The notes under the pieces are model-generated. The model saw nothing but the letters and a program-made list of their open reading frames with translations. It was not told the origin of the DNA and made no database searches. A stretch of DNA of 64,000 nt from Eledone cirrhosa. Taxonomy: Eukaryota. How positions within the stretch are numbered: position 1 is the stretch's first letter; each line of letters starts with the position of its first letter. The stretch spans positions 21,080,001-21,144,000 of the forward strand of contig OZ024762.1 in assembly GCA_964016885.1 (NCBI GenBank). Direction: 5' to 3'. The position numbers were made by a program, and so were the translations under genes. Below are positions 54,247 through 64,000 of the stretch, one piece after another.

Positions 54247-56545
54247 ATTCCTTTCAACTAAACTGTATCCATTCAAATCTTTCTATATATATATATATAT
54301 ATATATATGTTATATATATATATATATGGGTAAATGTATGCATACATATATATATATATATGTGTGTGTGAAGGCACATGGCTTGGTTAGAACAGGTGAT
54401 GCATTGTGTCCTTGAGCAAGATACTTTATTTCACATTGCTCCAGTTTACTCAGCTGCAGAAATGAGTTACGATGTCATTGGTACCATCATATATATGTCC
54501 TCCTCCTCATCATCATCATCATCACGCTAGCATGGGTTAGATGGGTTGTCCTGTTGTGATTAATGCCAGGTCAGGTGGCCATGTCTTGCTCATACAGAAC
54601 TGATTTGGGCTTGATTTCTACAGCTGGATGCCCTTCCTAACCTCATTTTCAGTGTGTACTGGGTTCTTTTTTTTACCGTGGCGCCTACACGACGACTTTA
54701 CAGTGTGAACTGGGTGTTTTTTTGCCGTGACACTTACATGACCCCTTTATAGTGGGAGGGGTCAGGTGAAGTGGGGGCATACTGTCTATGTTTAAGCTTC
54801 AGCTTGTACCTGTGGGAAGTTGGGTCTTCTGTCATCATCATCATCATCATCATCATCGTTTAACGTCCATCTTCCACGCTAGCATGGGTCTGGACGGGAA
54901 TTGTCCCACTTGAGGCAAGATTGGTTGTCTTGCTCAGGACTGTCTGGCAGGTTTTCTACGGCTGGATGCCCTTCCTAACACCAACCACGTTTACAGTGTG
55001 GACTGGGAGGTTTTTACCGTGTTACCTACACGGCCACATTACAGCATGGACTGTGTGTTTTTTGTCGTGACACCTACACGACCTCATTTATTTAGGACTG
55101 GAAGTTGTGGTACCAACATAACTTTGTTAGCCGTCCGCGGCCCAAATAAAGAGGTGTTAGCCATCCGTGGCCGAAATATATATATATATTGGGTTATCAA
55201 ATATGAAATATGTAGAAAAAAACAAATTTCTATAAATTTCATACTTGACCCAATATATATTCTGGCTAGCTGCAAACTTGGTCTAATTGAATTTAAAAGG
55301 GAATTTAAAAGGGAAGAAGAAAGAGTGTGTATGTGTTTTAGCCCTTAACTTCTTACACTCTAAGCAAGGAGTGGCTGGGCCACATCCAGGTCTCCATGAC
55401 TCCTGGTGGGTGCCCTTCTACTGACATTTAGCCATGTGGATATTTAAGACCTGTTGTGTATTTAAACTGTATGGAAATTTTATTGACAAGATCTAGCTGG
55501 AACTCTTCTCCATCACTGCTGCTTTCAAACTTATATTTAAACACTTTCTTGAGTTTGGAAAAATAATTGTTTCTACTTTTGGCACAAGGCCAGCAATTAT
55601 CCCAGTTTATTACTGGTGTTTTATTTTATCGACCCTGTAAAGATGAAAGGCAAAGTTAACCTTGGCAGGATTTGAACTCAGACCATAAAGGGCCGTAACT
55701 CTTTGCTGCAAAGCATGGCGTTTGACCCTCTACCGGTAACTGCCAATAATGTTAGTAGTCATGGTAGCAGCAAGATGTCAACAGAGTCATCACCTCCAGG
55801 AAGAAATAATAATTATAATAATAATTGTTTCTACGTTAGGCACAAAGCCAGCAATTACCCAGTGTATTACTGGTACTTTATTTTATCAACCCCGTAAGGA
55901 TGAAAGGCAAAGTTAACCTCGGCGGGATTTGAACTCAGAATGGCATCCGACACTCTACCAATATTGCCAATCCACCGCCAATAATTATAATAATAATAAT
56001 AATAATAATCATGTTGTTTGTGTTATGTTGCTATGACGCTGTGTTATAACTGAGACATAAGACATAAAATATAAGTTATATTCATTTTTCTTCTTCTTCT
56101 TCTTGAAGCTTTATTTTGTCATAGATTAATATTTAAATGGAGAGGAGAGATGGAGTGTAAGGCTGGCTTGCCTTACCTCCATTAATCAAAACTGCTTCGG
56201 AAACGACATAAGTTGTTCATTGCTCCTTAGGGAGCAAAAAGAACTGCAGAAGAATAATAAAAAGAATTTGGTGTACATCATCATCATTTAATATCTGTTT
56301 TCCCTGTTTGTTTTTTTTATTTGTAGTAGTATTATTGGTAGTGGTAGTGGTAGTGGTGGTGGTGGTAGTAGTGGTAGTAATGGTAGTAGTAGTAGTAGTA
56401 TAACTGTGTTGAGAATCATGTAAAGTCCCTATTCACAGCTATGACATCATCAATGTGATGATGTCAGCAAAATATGCTTGAAATGTGAGAAAATTTACAT
56501 GAAAAATTAAGCATTGTCCAGAGTTATTGGCCACATTTATAAAAT

Positions 56546-57865
56546 ATGGGTCTCTTACCAAATATTGTTCTAGGGTTTGAAACGATTTTCCAGCTGGGTA
56601 TTGTTTGTAACTGGACAATAGTGATCTTGAAGTTTATACTTGCCTTTCACTACAAAATCTACTTAAATGGGTTGAAAACCCCCCCACATCGCAGAGGGAT
56701 TGAGTTCACACAGGAAGGTTTTGATGAACTAAAATCCTACCAGTCTCACCGAATATATTTTTACTGCTTCCTTGCTTTACTGAAATGTTCTATACTCACT
56801 TCAGTTTATATGGGCGATATCTTACACTCTGTATGGATTGCTCTGAGTTTGTATTTTCCCAGGGGTAACGTTTTCAATAACGATATTTTCCGATCATTTA
56901 TGATTACACTGTTATTGTGTCTATTTTATGGAATGTACCATATGATGAAGTGGTCATATATTAATTTTGTTTTGAGAGATATATATCGCTTCCCCTGTGA
57001 ACATGGACAACGTTTCCTCTTCAATCATTTTGTACAGCTAAACTGCAAATTATTTTTTTTTTGCGCAATGCTTACAATTTTCCTTGTTGGTCATCACATT
57101 ATTGGAGGACTCTTCCTCCTTTATGTTTGGATTGGTTTAATTCCAACTGTTCTTTTCATTAGTTTATTATGCGAAATTACTTCAAGATCTGAAGAATCAA
57201 GTGAGGTATTTCGAAAGAGCGTGATACGTATTGGGAGTCTTGGTGATATCAACATAAAAGATGTACAATTCTCATCCAAACCAATAAGGCCGAATCTAAT
57301 CCAGTTTAATCTTTCCTTATTCCATCAGATTACCTTTTATAGATCCCTCAGATTTGACAAGTTTTTTAATCACAGTGAACAGGATATGAAAAGGTTAGGT
57401 TGGAAGCACCTTAACTGGAATAATCTGGAAGCAATTGCTTGCCACCAAATCAGCCAGTGGGACCATGGGCACGTCATAAAAGCTATTATTAATTGGATGT
57501 TCTCAATGTTTTTCCCAGTAATTGTTGGTTGCTATTTGTTTAGTTCTCCCATAAGACCTTTCGTAGCAGCTGGTGAGCCTGTTATTATTATTGTCTTTAA
57601 CCTATTGATGTTTGTGGTTGACCCTTACTACAACTCTATTGAATACGGCCAAGTGATTAGCCTGAGACAAGATGTGAAGGAAGCAGATGAATTTGTGGAA
57701 GAATATACATTTGGAGAAGAATTCCATGAAGCTACAGTAAAGATTTTTCATCTTGAGATGGAGCATGAAGAAGAAATATCCATTTATTCAAGTCTCTATC
57801 ATCCAAGGATCAAACTTTATGAAAGAACAATCAGTATATATAGATTTGTCTCACAAGGTGTCTAA
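56546..57865 (+). CDS. Uninterrupted 439-aa multi-pass membrane protein ORF, possibly a highly divergent rhodopsin-like 7TM receptor
   Basis: 1320-bp non-repetitive ORF in TE-rich DNA; in-frame TAA two codons upstream of the ATG; about seven hydrophobic segments; AATAAA signals at 58007-58016. Confidence 0.82.
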   Translation: MGLLPNIVLGFETIFQLGIVCNWTIVILKFILAFHYKIYLNGLKTPPHRRGIEFTQEGFDELKSYQSHRIYFYCFLALLKCSILTSVYMGDILHSVWIALSLYFPRGNVFNNDIFRSFMITLLLCLFYGMYHMMKWSYINFVLRDIYRFPCEHGQRFLFNHFVQLNCKLFFFCAMLTIFLVGHHIIGGLFLLYVWIGLIPTVLFISLLCEITSRSEESSEVFRKSVIRIGSLGDINIKDVQFSSKPIRPNLIQFNLSLFHQITFYRSLRFDKFFNHSEQDMKRLGWKHLNWNNLEAIACHQISQWDHGHVIKAIINWMFSMFFPVIVGCYLFSSPIRPFVAAGEPVIIIVFNLLMFVVDPYYNSIEYGQVISLRQDVKEADEFVEEYTFGEEFHEATVKIFHLEMEHEEEISIYSSLYHPRIKLYERTISIYRFVSQGV

Positions 57866-58006
57866 ATATGGCTGGGAACTTCTTAAATACCTTTGAACCA
57901 GAACAGCTACAACTAAAAGTTGCATTTTTTTTTCTATTTTTGAAACAAAAACACTTTTGGAGAAATTATGCTTATTTACTTTATGCATTCCTCCTGATGA
58001 AGAAAA

Positions 58007-58016
58007 AATAAATAAA
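58007..58016 (+). promoter_or_regulatory. Overlapping polyadenylation signals (aataaataaa) of the 439-aa gene
   Basis: ~140 nt after the stop codon, followed by a GT/T-rich downstream element. Confidence 0.6.
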
Positions 58017-58155
58017 CAGCCTGTATGTTTCTTTATTACATTACATCATAATTTGTATTTCTTTGTTGTGATCTGTAACAGCAATTGAGTGCTTTCAAAC
58101 TAAGAGTTTCTAATTATTTCAGCCTATACTAATCTAAGTACTATTGCTTTAGTGG

Positions 58156-58202
<47 letters not shown>

Positions 58203-58862
58203 CCATCCCATAATCATGACCACCACCTTCACCATCACCATCACCACCACCACCATTACCAACACCATCACCATTATCATCATTATCATTACCATCATCA
58301 CTGTCATCATTATTACCATTACTATTAATCATTCTCATTATAATGCGATGGTTTGGCAGTATCGGTAGAGCATCAGACACCATGCTTTGCAGCATAGAGT
58401 TATGGCCCTTTACGTTCTGAGTTCAAATCTTGCCGAGGTTAGCTTTGCCTTTCATCCTGACGGGGGGGTCGATAAAATAAAGTACCAGTAATGCACTGGG
58501 GGTAATTGCTGGCCTTGTGCCACAAAGTAGAAACAATTATCATCACCATCTTCATTATCATCATCACCATCACCATCACCACCATTGCCATCATTATCAT
58601 CATCACCATCATCACCATTACCATCATTATCATCATCACCATCATCACCATTACCACCATCATCATCATCATCATCATCAGCATCACCATCATCACCATA
58701 ACCTTCATTATCATCCTCATATATAATTACTATCACCTTAATAAACATCATCATCAGCATCATTTAATGTCCAACTTCCATGCAAGCTAGCTAGGTTTGG
58801 ATCAGAGGGTTTTCCTAGATGAGTCAGTACTAAAGTGGAGCTATCATCATCATCATTATCCT

Positions 58863-59392
58863 TCCTGCTCCCTACTATTCTTCGCCCCCCCCCCCCTATA
58901 CATCGTATACATGCCTGCTGGCTCTCTCTCAATCCCATCCCCTCTCTCTTCAAACATAAAATAAACTTGTGTTGCGGGGTACGAAACTCAGAATTTGTCG
59001 ACCCCTATTCTTGGCTACATCGCTCGCTCGCTCGCTCTTCTGTGTAATGTAATGTACGAATCCTATTTTTCTCGTCTCTCCATGTTCCCCCGGTCCATTC
59101 ATCTACCTGTATCATATCGTCCAGAATCCTGCTCCCTACTATTCTTCACCCTCCCTCCCTCCCTATACATCGTATACATGCCTGCTGGCTCTCTCTCAAT
59201 CCCATCCCCTCTCTCTTCAAACATAAAATAAACTTGTGTTGCGGGGTACGAAACTCAGAATTTGTCGACCCCTATTCTTGGCTACATCGCTCGCTCGCTC
59301 TTCTGTGTAATGTAATGTACGAATCCTATTTTTCTCGTCTCTCCATGTTCCCCCAGTCCATTCATCTACCTGTATCATATCGTCCAGAATCC
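58863..59392. repeat. Recent ~264-bp tandem duplication
   Basis: tcctgctccctactattcttc starts at 58863 and 59127; the copies are near-identical. Confidence 0.9.
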
Positions 59393-60399
59393 AATCTTTT
59401 CTTTTTCAATGCTATTCGATAATTCTGTCTGATCGTTCAAAATAATCTTCTTGTATTTTAAAATCCCATAATTCTTCTCTTATTACAGTTATATGCTCGC
59501 TCTATAGATTATTTATCAACTGCTACAGTTAAGAAATTAAAGACAGTAAATTGGCAGAGTCATTAGAACGTCAGATAGAATGGTAGAGTCATTAGAACGT
59601 CAGATAGAATGGTAGAGTCATTAGAACGTCAGATAGAATGCTTTGTCATATATGTTCCAGTTGTCTACATTGCTGGGATTAACTTTGCATTTCATCCTTT
59701 GGAAGTTGATAAAACATGTATCAGTCCAGTACTCCCTCTCCCCGCTCTCTCTCTCTCTCACCCTCTCTCTCTCCCTCTCTCTCTGTAAGAAAACTGCTGT
59801 GTTCAGACCTGGAGAGGAGATGGGGGCTCCACCAGGTTTAAAAATCCCAAGACACACCATCACCATATGTCACTACGGTGCCTCTGCAATTCCATCAGGA
59901 GTTACAGTTATATCACCATTTCATCATCATCATTTCATTTTACGTCCGCTTTTCCCTGTTTGCAAGGGTGGGACAGGAACTGATTCTGGCTTGATTTCTA
60001 CAGCTGGATGCCCTTATAGGGACCCCAGTCCCTATCATCTCATTTCTACAGCTGAGTAAACTGGAGCAATGTGAAATAAAGTGTCTTACTCAAGGAAACA
60101 ACACATCACCCGAGTGTAGTAAACTACATACATACACTATTACATGTTAGTTAAAGTTAAAGTCTGCCTCAAGCCTGGAGGCTCATGAGGCTGGCACTTA
60201 TCCTGGTTTTCATGGTGTGAAGCAACTGAGAATACAAGACTCCTTCCCTGGATGGGATGCTAGCCCATTGCAGGGTTAACTCCCCCAGCTATTGTTGGTA
60301 CTCATTTTCAGCTGAGTATACTGGAATTATGTGAAATGAAGACTAATACATGAGTAAAGTAAAATGCATATATATATATATACATACATACATACATAC

Positions 60400-60826
60400 A
60401 GCAAATTAAAGTACAACTGGCCTGATATTGTTGTTTGGGACCACATATTGAAAACGTGCTCTGTTGTAGAGATCAGCTGCCCACTTGACGTCAACATTGT
60501 AAGGAAAAAACAGGAGAAGGAGGACATCTATGGACCATTGATGAGGAGTTTGCAGATTCAGTATCCAAAATACACCTTCAGCTTCATACCCATAATTATT
60601 AGTTATATACCAACAGGTTATATACCAACCTGCTTGGACCAAAGTATGACTCAACTTGGATTTGTGGACAAAGACCACTAGGCTACAAATAACCGCAATA
60701 TCTGGCACTTTCAAAATTTGCAAAACATTCTTGCGATTCAAGGGATGACCATTTATTTTCTTTTGCAACCTTGCCACCAGGAAGGTGGCCAGTCAAAAAT
60801 GTACTCAAAATTAAAAGAAAGAGAAA
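60400..60826 (+). mobile_element. R4/Dong-like LINE 3' fragment with restriction-like endonuclease motif
   Basis: YNWPDIVVWDH..KTCSVVEISCPLD.NIV.K..EKEDIYGPL (PD..D/E..K type); flanked on both sides by (TACA)n. Confidence 0.75.
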
Positions 60827-61842
60827 CATACATACATACATATATACATACATGCACGCATGCATACATACATGCATGCATGCATTGATACACACATGCA
60901 TACATGCATACATACATACATACATGATGATGATGGCTGCCTCCTCGTAATTGATATAACATTATTAATAATTATTAATTAATGTCATCGTGCAATGCCT
61001 GTGCATGAAGATTTTTTTTAAAGTGAGGAAAGACTGAAAGACTGTGCACAGAGCCAATCCCACGCTTTGAGTGACAGTAGCTATAGCTCGAAAAGAAGAA
61101 AAGATCAACATCTTTAGGAGTTACTGGGATAACTCCGGTATAAAACCTGAGGTACATACATACATACATGCTACACGAGTTTTAAAGGATATTTTAAATA
61201 ACAAAGCTAGTATATTTATAGTACAAGACACCATGATATTACCTTCAATATTATTTTAACTGTTATGATTGGGTATTTACATGAAAGATGCACCAAGTAT
61301 GCTCTGTAAAGTGGTAAGTGATAGGAAGGCCCAGGTATAAAAAAATCTATCAAACAATGGGTCAGGAAGACTTTTCAGCTATGTCAAAGACATGACAACC
61401 ACCTTAGTGTGATGTTAGGATAAAATGCTCTTGGTAGAATGCAGTAACATAGGTAAGTGGAAGCAATATACATACATTTGTATGTTTCAATATATATTTA
61501 TGAATCATCATCATCATCATTTCATTTTACGTCCGCTTTTTCCCTGCTTGCAAGGGTGGGACGGGAACTGATTCTGGCTTGATTTCTACAGCTGGATGCC
61601 CTTCCTAACACCAACCTCATTTACAGTGAGTGCTGGGTGCTTTTTTGCCGTGGCACCTGCGCGACCACTTTGCAGTGGAATGATAGGGACCCCAGTCCCT
61701 ATCATCTCATTTCTACAGCTGAGTAAACTGGAGCAATGTGAAATAAAGTGTCTTGCTCAAGGAAACAACACATCACCCGGTCTGAGAATTGAACTCACAA
61801 CCTTTCGATTGCAAGGCCAATGCTCTAACCACTAAGCCATGT

Positions 61843-62160
61843 TATATTGTTATACTTTGGGAGGGACATGCTGCCAATAAAAACACATGCACCTGTTGGT
61901 TTTCACTTCAATTTATTATAAATTTCCACTTGGTTGGTTGGTTGGTTTGATAAGCGGAAGGGTGTTTATATATTGTCAAAGCTCTTTCGTCACACATTCT
62001 GTGACCTCCTCAGTGACTAAAGAGCTTTGACAATATATAAACAACCATCTGGTTATCAAACCAACCAACCAACTGGAAATTTATAATAAACTGAAGTGAA
62101 AACCAACATGTGCGTGTGTTTTTATTGGCAACATGACCCTCCCAAAGTATAACAATATCT
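61843..62160. repeat. Inverted repeat (~140-bp arms) with a hammerhead (61975-62017, -) at the loop
   Basis: Minus strand gtca CTGAGGA g gtcaca-gaatg-tgtgac GAAA gagcTT tgac; arms atattgttatactttg...aaagctcttt and aaagagcttt...caaagtataacaatat. Confidence 0.8.
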
Positions 62161-62286
62161 GTTTCAACACACGTTTTCAGATAAGAAATCTTGCAAAACA
62201 AACTCAAAAATGAAATATATATATATATATATATAAACAAAATTCTGATATCGAGTTTTGAAATGCGAGTGTATTAGAATTTGTAT

Positions 62287-63088
62287 GAAAATGGAAAAAC
62301 TCGGCGTAAGGAAGCTGGTAAAACAGCAAAATACCGTTGAAATGATGTTGGGTAAAATATTACCTCAGAGGACAGAAATCAGCGGCTCAAAGTGAGTTGG
62401 CTCGAAGAATTAATAGGAAGGAAAAAATAGAATGCATGATAGGAGATCACTTTGAGCCGCTGATTTCTGTCCTTCAAGGTAATGTTTTACTCAATGTTGT
62501 TTCGATAGCATTTTGCTGTTTTAACAGCTTCCTTATGCCAAGTTTTTCCATTTTCTTGTCAATTCTAATACTCAAAACTCAATATTCGAGTTGATTTTCG
62601 GTTATACCTTATCATAGCTATTGTAGACTTCTATTGTGGATTGATACCATGCTTAAGGTGAGTTTTCTTTTTTCCCCTTTTCCTCTGTTCCCAGTTCTGT
62701 CGTTCTTTCTTTCTCTCCCTTCCCTCTTACTGCCACTTCTGCATACAGTGCCATTGTTTTTCCTTTCTTGCAATGACTTAAGGTCGAGTGGAAGCTCTTC
62801 ATTTTTCTCTCTCTCTCTCTCTGAACTGTTGCAACACAAACATTATACCAATGAAGATATTTATTTCTCCGCAGTCCTTTCAGTCAAATCGTCGAAACTG
62901 CAGGTGGTCTGAAAGCTGATGAGTGTATTTAAATGTTTGTGATCTCCTATCATGCATTCTATTTCTCCCTTCCTCTCAAATCTTTGAGCCACTGATTTCT
63001 GTCCTCTGAGGTAATGTTTTACCCAACATCATTTCGATGGCATTTTGCTGTTTTAACAGCTTCCTTATGCTGAGTTTTTCCATTTTCA
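62287..63088. repeat. Inverted-repeat family: palindrome 62287-62555 plus a third copy at 62939-63088
   Basis: gaaaatggaaaaactc...gaaatcagcggctcaaag versus ctttgagccgctgatttc...gtttttccattttc. Confidence 0.8.
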
Positions 63089-63129
63089 TACGAATATATA
63101 TATATATATATATTCAGACAGTCCTAAAC

Positions 63130-63890
63130 TAACAAGAAAGGAAAACTTTGGATGTCCTAAACAGTCCTAAACTAACACGAAAGGAACACTTTGGATGTAG
63201 TAGATGTTCAGGGCAAATTGATAGTAGAAGTGTCAGTGATAGGTACATTTTTCAAATGCAGGTAGGATCTATAGAGGTGGTTGATAGCTTCCAATATCTA
63301 GGTGATCAGATTAACAAGGGAGGAGGATGCTCCGAGGCCATAGTATCTAGAATAAGGATAGGATGGAAGAAGTTTAGGAAGCTGCTTCCTCTGTTGACAA
63401 CGAAGGGTTTCTCCTTGCGATTGAAAGTTTGGTTGCATGATGCCTACTGCATGGTAGTGAGATATGGGCAGCAACTGTGGAGGATATGTGAAGGCTGGAG
63501 AGAAATAAAGCAAGCGTGTTCTGATGGATGTGCAATGTCAATGTGCATGAATGATAAAGCATGGACGAGTTGAAAGTGTATAAGTGAAACTGTATAAGAG
63601 GAATAAACTAGAGAGAAGACTGTGTTGGTATTACCATGTGATGCGCATGGATGATGACTGCTGGGTGAACAAGTGCCGAGTAATCCCAGTGGAGGGAAGA
63701 CGCAGTAGAGGAAGACCACAAAAAACATGGGCGGAAGTGGTGAGAGCTGACTTCAGATCACTGAAGCTCACAGAGGAGATGACAAAGGTTTGTGAAAAAT
63801 GAAGAAATGCTGTGCTGATGAAGATCCGTCCCACACTTGCAAGCAAAAAACAGCGGACGGAAATTGATGAAGATGATGATGATGATGATA
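63130..63890 (+). mobile_element. RTE-clade LINE 3' fragment
   Basis: IEVVDSFQYLGDQI..GGGCSEAIVSRIRIGWKKFRKLLPLL, RRLCWYYHVMR, RGRPQKTW, then a (GAT)n tail. Confidence 0.88.
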
Positions 63891-64000
63891 TATATACACA
63901 TACATAAATGCATATACACATATACACACATATACACACATATATATATATATCAATAATATTAATAAATGGAAACTATCTTTATAAAACATTATTTATT

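Overview
AT-rich, microsatellite- and retroelement-dense animal genomic DNA; the repeat landscape strongly suggests a coleoid cephalopod (Octopus-like), which is an inference. The + strand carries the 3' part of a tomosyn gene (STXBP5/STXBP5L). Ten phase-compatible coding exons span 13464-29938 and end in the R-SNARE tail ...HERGEKLEGLDDRT...KYKDKKWYQF*. Candidate alternative exons, including a 9-nt microexon, lie upstream where the hypervariable region is expected. A separate uninterrupted 439-aa multi-pass membrane ORF (56546-57865) has degenerate rhodopsin-family-like motifs. The most unexpected signal is a set of about ten type I hammerhead ribozyme folds (CUGANGA...GAAA...UH, very short and often palindromic helix III) from several unrelated sequence families. 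Most sit in short (TA)n-flanked inserts or long palindromes, three of them sense-oriented in tomosyn introns, consistent with Penelope-like/retrozyme non-autonomous elements. The rest is tRNA-derived SINEs, RTE/CR1/Tx1/R4-like LINE fragments, piggyBac and Tc1/mariner MITEs, minisatellites and long (TA/TG)n tracts, which explain almost all other ORFs in the track. All calls were read by eye; no searches were run.
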